From: Leptogorgia sarmentosa
Lineage: Eukaryota
Direction: 5' to 3'
NCBI GenBank assembly: GCA_964658305.1
Contig: OZ210884.1
Coordinates: forward strand, 5,394,001 to 5,458,000
Length of the DNA: 64,000 bases
Below are positions 40,401 through 51,754 of the stretch, piece after piece (position 1 is the stretch's first letter; every line of letters starts with the position of its first letter). Both the position numbers and the translations under genes were made by a program. The notes under the pieces are model-generated. The model saw only the letters and a list, made by a program, of their open reading frames with translations, made no database searches and was not told the origin of the DNA.

Positions 40401-43400
40401 TGGAAACCTGAGCGTTTGGAAACCTGAGCGTTTGGAAACCCGAGCGTTTTGAGAAACCTGAGCGTTTTGAAACCTGAGCGTTTGAAAACCTGAGCGTTTG
40501 GAAAAACCTGAGCGGTTGGAAAAACCTGAGCGTTTTGAAACCTGAGCGTTTGGAAACCTGAACGTTTTGAAAAACCTGAGCGTTTTGAAACCTGAGCGTT
40601 TGGAAACCTGAGTGTTTGGAAACCTGAGCGTTTGGAAACCTGAGCGTTTGGAAACCTGAGCGTTTGGAAACCTGAGCGTTTTGAAAAACCTGAGCGTTTT
40701 GAAACCTGAGCGTTTGAAAACCTGAGCGTTTGGAAAAACCTGAGCGTTTGGAAACATGAGCGTTTTGAAACCTGAACGTTTGGAAACCTGATCGTTTGGA
40801 AACCTGAGCGTTTGGAAACCTGAGCGTTTGGAAACCCGAGCGTTTTGAGAAACCTGAGTTTTTTGAAACCTGAGCGTTTGAAAACCTGAGCGTTTGGAAA
40901 AACCTGAGCGGTTGGAAAAACCTGAGCGTTTTGAAACCTGAGCGTTTGGAAACCTGAACGTTTTGAAAAACCTGAGCGTTTTGAAACCTGAGCGTTTGGA
41001 AACCTGAGCGTTTGGAAACCTGAGCGTTTGGAAACCTGAGCGTTTGGAAACCTGAGCGTTTGGAAACCTGAGCGTTTTGAAAAACCTGAGCGTTTTGAAA
41101 CCTGAGCGTTTGAAAACCTGAGCGTTTGGAAAAACCTGAGCGTTTTGAAAAACCTGAGCGTTTGAAAACCTGAGCGTTTGGAAAAACCTGAGCGGTTGGA
41201 AAAACCTGAGCGTTTTGAAACCTGAGCGTTTGGAAACCTGAACGTTTTGAAAAACCTGAGCGTTTTGAAACCTGAGCGTTTGGAAACCTGAGCGTTTGGA
41301 AACCTGAGCGTTTGGAAACCTGAGCGTTTGGAAACCTGAGCGTTTGGAAACCTGAGCGTTTTGAAAAACCTGAGCGTTTTGAAGCCTGGGCGTTTGAAAA
41401 CCTGATTGTTTGGAAAAACCTGAGCGTTTTGAACAACCTGAGCGTTTGGAAACCTGAGCGTTTGGAAACCTGAACGTTTTGAAAAACCTGAGCGTTTTGA
41501 AACCTGAGCGTTTGGAAACCTGAGCGTTTGGAAACCTGAGCGTTTTGAAAAACCTGAGCGTTTGGAAAAACCTGAGCGTTTTGAAACCTGAGCGTTTGGA
41601 AACCTGAGCGTTTGGAAACCTGAGGGTTTGGAAACCTGAGCGTTTTGAAACCTGAACGTTTTGAAAAACCTGAGCGTTTTGAAACCTGAGCGTTTTGAAA
41701 CCTGAGCGTTTTGAAAAACCTGAGCGTTTGGAAACCTGAGCGTTTGGAAACCTGAGCGTTTGGAAACCTGAGCGTTTTGAAACCTGAGCGTTTTCAAAAA
41801 CCTGAGCGTTTGGAAACCTGAGCGTTTTGAAACCTGAGTGTTTTGAAAAACCTGAGCGTTTGGAAACCTGAGCGTTTGGAAACCTGAGCGTTTTGAAACC
41901 TGAGCGTTAGGAAAAACCTGAGCGTTTGGAAACCTGAGCGTTTGGAAACCTGAGCGTTTGGAAACCTGAGCGTTTTGAAACCTGAGCGTTTGGAAACCTG
42001 AGCGTTTGGAAACCTGAGCGTTTGGAAACCTGAGGGTTTGGAAACCTGAGCGTTTTGAAACCTGAGCGTTTGGAAAAACCTGAGCGTTTTGAAACCTGAG
42101 CGTTTGGAAACCTGAGCTTTTGGAAACCTGAGCGTTTGGAAACCTGAGCGTTTGGAAACCTGAGGGTTTGGAAACCTGGGCGTTTCGAAACCTGAGCGTT
42201 TGGAAACCTGAAGGTTTGGAAACCTGAGCGGTTTGAAACCTGAGCGTTTTGAAAAACCTGAGCGTTTGGAAACCTGAGCGTTTGGAACCTGAGCGTTTTG
42301 AGAAACCTGAGCGTTTGGAAACCTGAGCGTTTTGAGAAACCTGAGCGTTTTGAAACCTGAGCGTTTGGAAACCTGAGCGTTTGGAAACCTGGAAATAGTT
42401 TTATAGCATATAACTTAAAACTATAGTAAAATACAACAGATTCAAAAACTATATAATTATAAATAGTATAGTTATTAGAAACTTTAGTTAAATTAACTAT
42501 AGTTTTTGTTCCAAGTTACTACAGTTTTTTAAACTATAGTTTCGGTGGAAAAAACTATAGTTTATTAATAACTATAGTTTTGTGGAACTATAGTTATTAG
42601 AAACTTTAGTTAATTTTAACTGTAGTTTTTGTTCCAAATTACTACAGTTTTTTAAACTATAGTTTCGGTGAAAGAAACTATAGTTTATTTTTGTAAGGGT
42701 AATCAAATAAATCACGCGACTAACGTAAAATTTACGTAATTAATATTCAAAAATTAATCCAAGAACAACTAGCATTCCAGTTATTTACTTCATACTGTAC
42801 TTCGCAAAAGATAATTAATATTCTCAAGCGGTCCAGGTCTGAAAAGCAACTGATCTCTGTAGATAAAACAAAATTTGACAATCCAGCCATTTGATTGGCT
42901 TAGAGACATTTTGCGGGGGTCTGCTTAAATTTGACGCAATAATGCAGTGTCCTGATTGGTCAAAACCAGATTTTGCATTTTTTTTCGCAGGGGTCTGCTT
43001 TATTAATATGCGAAATTTTGCTTTATTCAACGCTGTGACGTTAATGTGCGAAATTTTGCTTTATTGTCTTGTACGACTACGACATGAAACTGTATGGATT
43101 ACTTGTTCGTCTTCACGGTATACGCTATAAAATCGGCAAGTTCGCGTAATACTGTATATAACAAGAGACAAAATTAACATTATACAGTATATTTCAACAT
43201 TAATATACTGCGGCTTCTAGCTCCTTAATACATGAGAGGTAGTTATGATGGATACTTTGTCTATGCCTCTTGTGAAATGAGGACTTGTTATATCAATCAG
43301 CTACTTCTGAATAATACTGTCTTATTTATACCTAGCCTGTGCGGGTAATACAGGCTAATTTATACCTGGCATGAATTTTAATAGCTCATATAATGTAAGT

Positions 43401-44206
43401 AATGTGGCATGGCTTTATGTAATATGATCTCTAATATGAAATGAATCATGTTGCCATTGTGAATATTTACATGTTTATACCATGAATAAAAGTGAAGAAA
43501 TGACTGTATTTTGTCATTCAGTGGTATAGATTACAGGTACTAGTAAGCTGTTCTTCGAAAGTTGCTCGCATAGTTTTGGGGATTTCGATAAAACGCGCGT
43601 GCAAGCGCCTGTAAAACCAGTTCGTACTGGAATAAACCTCATAGTGTTAATTGTTTCTTAGTCATTCTGACGAGCGCCTGACATTAAGCAAAGTAGTCAT
43701 ATTTCTGTGTTTTAAAAAGCCAAAAACGCATGAATTACTTGGCACCTATTCCCACGTGCTCCCCACATTAATGGTTGTTGTGCAGACATGCTAGACTTAC
43801 CGTAATAACATGCCCAGTTCCTACTTACATCTCCAGCATCATGTGACCACCCCGGCAGTGTCTGATCACAATAACTAACAGCCCCATTTCCGGATCCAGC
43901 GTACTTTGAAAAGGCAAAATATTTTGTACCATTTAAGACGACTTCGAAACCTTGATTATAAATCATCGTCCAAAATCCTTGGTCGTAGTTGTCATTCAGC
44001 GCAACGTCTGGGAACAGCAAATGAACGCGAACTTGCGTCACAATTTTGAAACTTGAATCGCATTTCAATGAATTGTCGTGACCATTTTCTCCGATATAAA
44101 ACACCCAGGTCCCCTGGACGTCTTCAAATGTACAATTTGCTGGAGTATCTCCTCTAACCGTCGCAAAAATTACAGCAAGAACGATAGAAACTTTGAACAG
44201 AAACAT
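22486..44206 (-). CDS. CTSC: Cathepsin C / dipeptidyl peptidase I (5 coding exons)
   Basis: Exon 1 44206-43801 (signal peptide, DTPANCT exclusion domain, [11 protein letters not shown]; an alternative ATG lies at 44224), exon 2 24735-24510 (propeptide), exon 3 24256-24009 ([12 protein letters not shown]...[10 protein letters not shown] catalytic Cys), exon 4 23462-23190 (GFPYLI...[11 protein letters not shown]), exon 5a 22703-22486 ([10 protein letters not shown]...KNSWG). Phases are compatible across all GT-AG introns. Confidence 0.95.
24904..25134 (+). mobile_element. MITE; near-identical 5'-truncated copy at 56784-56986
   Basis: Imperfect TIR ATAGGTTGTTTGCAAT...ATTGCAAACAAGCAAT; about 200 bp shared with the copy in the TenA intron. 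Confidence 0.75.
25411..25790 (+). repeat. Left subterminal array: about three ~123-bp units rich in the palindrome AACTATAGTT
   Basis: Units begin near 25411, 25534 and 25657; the right arm has two such units inverted. Confidence 0.8.
25829..26120 (-). repeat. Short inverted arm of the satellite, (CAAACGCTCAGGTTTC)n
   Basis: Same unit as the main array in the opposite orientation; it flips at ...aggtttcaaa|tcctgagcg (26120/26121). Confidence 0.95.
26122..42392 (+). repeat. ~16.3 kb minisatellite/satellite, unit GAAACCTGAGCGTTT(G/T), 16 bp with 17-19 bp variants, with higher-order structure
   Basis: Continuous tandem array, roughly 950-1000 units estimated from its length; diagnostic variant units recur in fixed order. 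Confidence 0.99.
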
Positions 44207-46079
44207 TATACTGCCGCAAAGCATTACGAAGTTTCCAAATCACGTGCGCTCCTTGTGCGCCAGACGATTTACGTCACTTTTTTGTCAGATTTCCAGTCAT
44301 ACGAATTCCTTTTCTTTTTCGCTAAAAATTCCTGACATTTCTGGCAAAATTTCCTATAAACGAAGACGCCCATTTTACAGTGTCTGGGGGCAGGAGCAGA
44401 TGCAATGAACACACTCCTCTGAACCGTTCGTGAGAAACGTTACAACAGACCTTACTCTCTTGTGTTTATAGAAATTTTAGATGAGCTGACGCCGCAAATA
44501 TTTCAGTGCATTCAGGGGAAAAAGTTGCGTAGCAAAGGTTTCTGATCCATGAACTTGCCGTTTTGTACTCTGCATATGTATTGCTCGGACATTGTATATG
44601 TTACTCAGTGTATTACAGCTATTTGCAATTAATTTTTCCGTGCGGTGTGCATAATTTGAACAGTCGTTGAATAAAACTTTATTCAGGAAAAATGTTTTGG
44701 AAAAGTGTTTTAATATTGGGAACAAAATTATGTTACCAGGAGCAAGTCATTTGTTATCAAAATGAGACTTCTTGAATAAAATAAAAGGGCGAGGCTGTTT
44801 GAGTGCAAATATTGGTTATATATATGTACTATTGAAATCGTAGATGAAATCAACAATGTTTTTGAATGACGTTCGCTTCCATGACGATCATTATGGTGAA
44901 ATTTCAAAACGTACATTTTAATTTCGCACAAACAATCTCGCCTCTTATTTGTTCAAGAAGTTCTACCTTGACAACAAATGAGTTTGCCCTAGTAACTCAA
45001 GTTTTATCTATGAATATAAACATTAAGTTTTCAATAAAACATTTTAAAGACAACTTTTCAGATATGCACGTCGCACAGTCCGTTCGTTGCAAATGTGCCT
45101 CGCACTTGAAGCAGTGAATTGAAAAGCCAGAAAAGTTTTCCTTGGTTGCTATAAACCGCACAATTGACTTTCTAAGGAATTTCAACGACACTATAAAGTT
45201 GAAAAGCGATAAAGCCGTCAGATGTTACACTCATATATCTGGGTTTGAATTACAATTGTCAGCTGACGTTTTCAAAATTGGTTTTACATGCATGATTAAA
45301 AACAGAAAATCATGTACATGATTAATAAAAACATTGACAGCAATGGTATAGTTTATAATTATAAGGAAGTAATAATTATATATTAATTTATATTCTTCGT
45401 GAGAAATTAATTACTAGATGGATGATAATTGATACACACATTATATTAATAAAATTTTGTTCGTTGTTTTCTTTTAAAATATGCTATTCAAACAAGTGTC
45501 AAGTGTGTGTCAAGTGTGTGTCAAGAAGAACATTCTACACTTTTATTCTCGCCCACACTTTGCTAAAACTGACTGGAGTAGATACCGACAGGAGCAATCA
45601 GCAAGTAAGTCCTCTTGTTTTGAATATGAACAGTAACCATACCGAGTTTCTGTGCCGATATTATTAATATATCAAGTAGCTACTAAGCGAGCTACTAAGG
45701 CTATGAATCAAATATGATTTAATCTCTTGAACAACAGACATGCCTATTTCAGCAACAATTAATGCAACTTAACGACTTGACTATATGATTTAGAGAAACT
45801 GAATGAAAAATGAATGTCTTCTTAGGGGCGATTTAGGCTGATTTAAGGCAATTTACCCAAACGGGGCGACAGACTGAATTTCGAAAAGTATCTTCCACTG
45901 CGTTGATGAATTACAGACCATGTATATATTTTTCATAAATGCTAAAAGTCGACGCATTTGCCTAATGTACCAGCTGGAAGCTTAGCCGAAAACAATCAAT
46001 ACACTTTTCGTTGAAACATGTTCAAGCCGATTTAATTCGTGCCGGAAGAAGCTTATGCTCACCGACTCAACTCAGCCAT

Positions 46080-46251
46080 ATAATAAACGGATTATTGACT
46101 TCGCTTGTTCGGTCTGGAGTCTGGACTGTGAAATATCAGACCTCAGTTTTTTTGCATTGACCTCGCTCCTTCGTTGCTTTGTCCATACTAAAAAACCTCG
46201 GTCTGATATTTCACAGTACAGACCTCACGCTCAGTCAATAACCCTTTATTA
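46080..46251. mobile_element. Palindromic MITE-like element
   Basis: CTGTGAAATATCAGACC...GGTCTGATATTTCACAG inverted arms. Confidence 0.65.
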
Positions 46252-46399
46252 TTGTTTCCTAAAAGTCCTAAAGATATTACTGTTTCCTATGAGTCCTGAA
46301 GATATTATTGTCCCCCATATAGTTCCATCTTCATTTCATTCAGCAGCAATTACTGGTACAGATATCATTGCATACTGCTAAGCTCAACAAATACAAAAT

Positions 46400-47503
46400 A
46401 TGGAAAGTACGTTTGAGAGAAGATGTCAATCCGTTGGAGCTCCGTCAGAATTATCATTTCTGACCGCCAGTGTATGCATTTTGTTTATGCTGGTGAATAT
46501 TCCTGGAAATATCCTCGTTATCCTGGCTGTTGTCTTGGATCCAAACAAAAACCTTCGAACTCCTTTCAACTGGTTGGTGGTAAATTTGGCTGCAGCTGAT
46601 TTAATGGTTGGCCTTATAACGGAGCCCTTCTCTGTCCATTACCTTTTTAAAGAAGGCCTGGGGCACAGCGGGCTTTCACAAGAAGTCATGATAATCCACA
46701 TGATTTACTTTGCATCATGTACATCTTCAGTTCTTAGTCTCACAAGTTTGGCAGTTGAGCGATATTTGGCTGTACGAAAACCAAACACATATCGTACTAA
46801 AGTTACTAACAAACGAATCGTGGTAACCATAGCAATAATTTGGGTGACATCTTTGAGTTTATCAAACATTTATCTGGATGTTGGGTTCACCACTTACGGC
46901 TTTATATTTGCAAACACTTCGATCGCAGTGGCTGTTTTAATCATCAGCGCAACTTATACTTTAATGAAGAGAAGGATTGGCGGTGACACAAGATCTGAGA
47001 ACGCCAGAAGAAGCAACAACTCAGCAACAACTTCCGCAGAATTGACCAACGAGCCTTCGAAACATCAACCTGCTGGCAACACAAAGACAAAGCCCCAAAA
47101 TGTTGCCTCTCACAGTAAACTACCTGCACCAACTGCCTCAACAACCTCAGCAGAAGAAAATAACTTGCAACCTCAAGGCAATATCCAACTCACAAGTCTC
47201 AGTACAAACATGTGTTTCTCAAATGCTATCGAAAAAAGGCAACAACTGTTGGAAGCCAAGGTTACTGAAATGTTTCTCATCGTTCTTGTAGCTCTGCTGT
47301 GTTGCTATGGACCCTCAACTGTTATGATGTACTTAGTAAACTTCTGTGAACATTGCAGTTGTATTAGCTTGCACTGGTTTCGAGACTTCCATATGTTGTT
47401 TACAATGATGAACTCCAGTGTCAATTTTTTCTGCTACTCTTTAAGATCTAGCAGATATAGAAGTGCTTTTGTCAAATTGTTAAAAAACATTCGAAGAGTG
47501 TAG
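46400..47503 (+). CDS. Class A (rhodopsin-like) orphan GPCR, paralog 1, single coding exon
   Basis: 367 aa with 7 hydrophobic segments; GN (TM1), NLAAAD (TM2), ERY, CYGP (TM6), NSSVNFFCY (TM7), helix 8 YRSAF. Confidence 0.93.
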   Translation: MESTFERRCQSVGAPSELSFLTASVCILFMLVNIPGNILVILAVVLDPNKNLRTPFNWLVVNLAAADLMVGLITEPFSVHYLFKEGLGHSGLSQEVMIIHMIYFASCTSSVLSLTSLAVERYLAVRKPNTYRTKVTNKRIVVTIAIIWVTSLSLSNIYLDVGFTTYGFIFANTSIAVAVLIISATYTLMKRRIGGDTRSENARRSNNSATTSAELTNEPSKHQPAGNTKTKPQNVASHSKLPAPTASTTSAEENNLQPQGNIQLTSLSTNMCFSNAIEKRQQLLEAKVTEMFLIVLVALLCCYGPSTVMMYLVNFCEHCSCISLHWFRDFHMLFTMMNSSVNFFCYSLRSSRYRSAFVKLLKNIRRV

Positions 47504-47731
47504 CATTATAACACTTGCAGGTATTTTCCATGACGGTCTGTTCGACCACGTGGACGGAGCGTGCAGTGCATGTGTTTGAACTGGCACGTAACCGGAAGTA
47601 AGTGAAAAAGACCGCGCACATGATTGGCTAACAGCCGTGTTGATGTGAGATTATGTAAACACAGCTATTTCCCGCTGCTTCTCGCTATTCCGTTATTTCG
47701 TTATTGTCATCGTGTTATATTTTATAAAAAT

Positions 47732-47911
47732 AATAGAAAACATTTTCCTATGTTCCCATTGAGTTATATAAACACGAGTGCAAGTTTAGGAGAACGAGAA
47801 ATGTGTGGAAACACGAGACCGAAGGGCTTGTCTTTCCACACATTTCTCGTTCTCCCAAACTTGCACTTGTGTTTACATAACTCGATGTAAACATGGAAAA
47901 TGTTTTCTATT
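47732..47911. mobile_element. Near-perfect palindromic MITE-like element
   Basis: AATAGAAAACATTTTCC...GAGAACGAGAAATGTGTGGAAA / TTTCCACACATTTCTCGTTCTC...GGAAAATGTTTTCTATT. Confidence 0.75.
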
Positions 47912-48712
47912 CCTTAACTATGAAATAACTAAGTAGGTTTGTTATAAAATAGCATTTAGAAGAAAATTGACTCGTGTACAAAGAGCATTATCGTAATGTG
48001 GTTCGTCAGTTTCCCTAACAAATTGGACACTTTTATTCTGAAATATTAATTTCACAAAACAAGGAATTGTTGGAAAGCGAAAGAGCACTTTCCCATGCAG
48101 CGTGTTCATGACACGACTATCGCAACGTGTTTGAATCACTTTCGATATGTTACAATAGTATCAGCTAATATTCAAGCCGTTTTCGACAAACTTGGTTATC
48201 ACATCACAATATGTTTAGGGTATCTTCGATGTTAAAATAGTATTAAATAACTTCGATAATAATTAGTTCATTTCTGACTTTATACAAGCTGTCCTACATT
48301 TCCGCTCATTTTTTCGACTAAATTCTGAGAGATACCGAGGCAAGCAGTTAGCAAGTGAGTTGACTTATTTTAAATGTGAATTAATATGGTGGTTAATATT
48401 AATTAAATACTATAATTATATACATATATCGAGCTTTTGCGTTATTATTAATACTTTATCTCTTTTAGCAGAAGATGGAATGATATCTAACACTTGTCTT
48501 TCTCGGTTTTCCATCCCAATTTCATACTACATTTAAACTCTTACTTTATCAGATCAGCTGAACTTTGGAACAGCCTATCAACTGGAGCTGAATTTATCAT
48601 TCAATATCAACATACTGGTCAAGGTAGCAAGTACACTGATGTACTTCAACATCTGTACAGTAAATCTTACACCAACCATCTTTAATATTTGTCGTTTTAT
48701 AGGCTCAACATA

Positions 48713-49831
48713 ATGCTGGCTATTGGAAGTACATTTGACAAAAGATGTCAGTCCATTGGAGCTCCTTCAGAATTGTCATTATTGTCCGCCAGTGTATCCA
48801 TCGTATTAATGCTGGTCAATATCCCTGGAAATATCCTTGTAATCCTGGCTGTTGTTTTGGATCCAAACAAAAACCTTCGAACTCCTTTCAACTGGTTGGT
48901 GGTAAATTTGGCTGCAGCTGATTTGATTGTTGGCCTTCTCACCGGACCTTTTTCTATCCATTACTTTATCAAAGAGGACATGGGGCACAGCGGGCTCTCT
49001 GAAGAAATTATAAAAATTCAAATGGCTTACTTTGTGTCATGTACGGCTTCAGTACTTAGTCTTATAAGTCTGGCAGTTGAGCGATATTTGGCTGTACGAA
49101 AACCAAACACATATCGCACTAAAGTTACTAACAAACGAATCGTGGTAACCATAGCAATAATTTGGTTCATATCGCTGAGTACACCAAACATTTGTCTCAA
49201 AGTTGGGTTCACCACTTATGGCTTTATATTTGCTAACACTTCGATCGCAGTGGCTGTTTTAATCATCAGCGCAACATATACTTTAATGAAGAGAAGGATT
49301 GGCGGTGAAACAAGATCCAGAAATGCTAGAAAAGTCGCCTCAGCAACTACTTCGGCAGAATTGACCAACGAACCATCGAACTGTCAACATTTATTAGTTG
49401 TTGGCAACACAAAGACGGAATCCCAAAATGTTGCCTCTAACAGTAAACTACCTGCACCAACTGCCTCAACAACCACAGCAGAAGGAAATAACTTGCAACC
49501 TCAAGGCAATAGCCAACTCACAAGTCTCAGTACAAACATGTGTTTCTCAAATGCTATCGAGAAAAAAAAACAACTTTTGGAAGCCAAAGTTACTCAAATG
49601 TTTCGTATCGTTCTTATAGCTCTGCTGTGTTGCTATGGACCCTCAACTGTTATGATGTACTTAGTAAACTTCTGTGAACATTGCAGTTGTATTAGCCTGC
49701 ATTGGTTTCGAGATTTCCATATATTGTTTGCTGTAACGAACTCCAGCGTCAACTTCTTTTGCTACTCCTTAAGATGTAGTAGATTTAGAAGCGCGTTTGT
49801 AAAATTGTTAAAAACCAATCGAAGAGTGTAG
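48713..49831 (+). CDS. Class A orphan GPCR, paralog 2
   Basis: First ATG at 48713, after a ttttatag acceptor; same motifs as paralog 1; intact ORF. Confidence 0.92.
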   Translation: MLAIGSTFDKRCQSIGAPSELSLLSASVSIVLMLVNIPGNILVILAVVLDPNKNLRTPFNWLVVNLAAADLIVGLLTGPFSIHYFIKEDMGHSGLSEEIIKIQMAYFVSCTASVLSLISLAVERYLAVRKPNTYRTKVTNKRIVVTIAIIWFISLSTPNICLKVGFTTYGFIFANTSIAVAVLIISATYTLMKRRIGGETRSRNARKVASATTSAELTNEPSNCQHLLVVGNTKTESQNVASNSKLPAPTASTTTAEGNNLQPQGNSQLTSLSTNMCFSNAIEKKKQLLEAKVTQMFRIVLIALLCCYGPSTVMMYLVNFCEHCSCISLHWFRDFHILFAVTNSSVNFFCYSLRCSRFRSAFVKLLKTNRRV

Positions 49832-50265
49832 ATTTAACACAGTGGTCGATGACGATAAAGGATGACATTGAATTAAAACCAGCAAAGTTCTACCCTCTCT
49901 CTGCCTAGAGGTTAAAATGACAGTCGAAGTTCGAGCAAAACTCCTTTGTCTGGAACTAGTGTGAACAGTATATTCCCGACAAAGGGCAACCTGCTCGAAA
50001 CATTGCATTGATATTAATTAAAACGTTGAATTGACTGTCGCAAACATTGAATGTAAATTCGCCCGCCGCTCAAATTAGGCAAGTTGATAAATATCATTAT
50101 CTATATGAAATATAAAATTCATAACTTGAAAATTTTGCTTTATAGTACATTGTATATATATAATATTACACGGCGGTGTAATTCAAAAAAATAATGTGCA
50201 TCACTTTTAGTGCTTTTTATCAAAAGGCCATTTATCGTTCTTTCTTCGAACTAAGATGAAAGCTG

Positions 50266-50309
50266 GTTCGCGATGTTCGCGATGTTCGCGATGTTCGCGA
50301 TGTTCGCGA
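50266..50309 (+). repeat. (GTTCGCGAT)x5 tandem repeat
   Basis: Read directly from the sequence. Confidence 0.9.
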
Positions 50310-51754
50310 CGCCCTCTTCAACCCCAACCCCCCTCCCTCCCTCCCCCTGGTTGACTGTTCGTTTTGTACTTTGCGTATTATAATAGCAATCGAATCATTG
50401 AACGGGAAAACATAACTTACTTAAAATATAATCCTAACTGATGAATACAAGGACTAAACTAGACAAAAAAATCGAAAAGATACAAATTTTGGACAATGTT
50501 TATCTCTGCGGCTTCATAGCATCTTGAATTTTTACTTTGGCTGCTAGCACAACGGACTCTTTTTAATGAATTCCAAGGAATTTCAACGACTAGCTATATG
50601 AAGATCAAAAACATTGAAATGTGTCACAAATGCAAATTTCTTGAAAAGTTCAACCAAAATAATTATTATAGATTACTGAGAAAACGACTGAAACTGAAAA
50701 GAAGAAAACAAATATTAATAAAAATTTCGTGATTGTTTGCTTTTGAAAATGAGCTATTTTCAAGTGTTTGTTCGTCTACAGGACAAGTTAGAATATATTA
50801 CGTTCTAAACTTTTATACCAGCTGTTCGCGTTCTAGACTTTTATACCAGCTGTCTTACACATCTAATCATCTTTGCTACTAAAACTGGATCACTGGATTC
50901 CCGGCAAGTTATCGATCAGCAAGTAAGTTGACTCATTTTGAATGTGAAGATATAACGGTCAAATGAAGTACTATTTAATATGTGGGGGCTCGTGTGCTAT
51001 TATTTGTCTATTATATTTTAATAAGATTAAATCCAATGATACTTAATATTCTTTAGCACGGATAATGAATTCGAAATTGTCTTTCATCAATTTATCTTCA
51101 ATTTTCTTGATTTCATACTTTGTCGCGCGCGATTCATGCAGACTATCATATACATCGAATAAATTTTTAAAGTCAAGAATTGCGCCTGCATTTCGAAGTT
51201 GATGAAACAAAAATAACTTTTCGCCGTCAGAAACGTGACAATAAAATTTTATGACGAGTATACAATGATGGAACAAACACAAAGGGATTATGAAGGAGAA
51301 TTTGATAAGGGGACTTGAGAATTAAGTCGTTATGCATGCGCAAAAAGTCAGATTAATTAATAGAAAATTATGAATAAGCCAGGTTTGTTCGAAAGTTGGT
51401 TAAATGATGCAACAAAGTTTCATCGCAATCTAATAGATATATTCGTGGTTGTTTTTACGAGCTAAGTACAATTATGGCATCTGTATGCGAAGTAGAGTGA
51501 TTTTTATTGGATCATTTCAACCTTGTTTGTCCAATCACCAGTGAGAATGCTTCGTAGATGAGAAGACCTTTATTGTGTGAGCAGCACGCTGTTTGCTAGG
51601 TAGAAAGCCACCTGCACTGTACAATATTAGACAACAGGTATATTCTATAGTAAAATATAGTTTCAATGTTGATTGGTAAGGCGACCGCTTTGCGGCATCC
51701 ATGTATTTCTAGTTAATATGTTTATCATTGTATAGGCTCAACAAAATAAAAATT

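Larger units (their letters stand above)
25400..42699. mobile_element. Non-autonomous foldback-type DNA transposon with long modular TIRs and an internal satellite, in cathepsin C intron 1
   Basis: Left end CTTACAAAAATAAACTATAGTTTC (25400) is the reverse complement of the right end GAAACTATAGTTTATTTTTGTAAG(GG) (42697-42699). TA lies on both flanks. The AT-rich arms 25400-25830 and 42390-42699 are inverted copies. No transposase. Confidence 0.85.

Noticed and set aside
25816..41797. Very long ORFs (up to 1408 aa) of [15 protein letters not shown] repeats
   Set aside because: The satellite monomer has no stop codon on the minus strand, so all three frames are open and give the same peptides; mostly non-ATG starts; intronic location.
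26122..42392. CRISPR-like array
   Set aside because: Head-to-tail monomers with no unique spacers, no cas genes, eukaryotic context.
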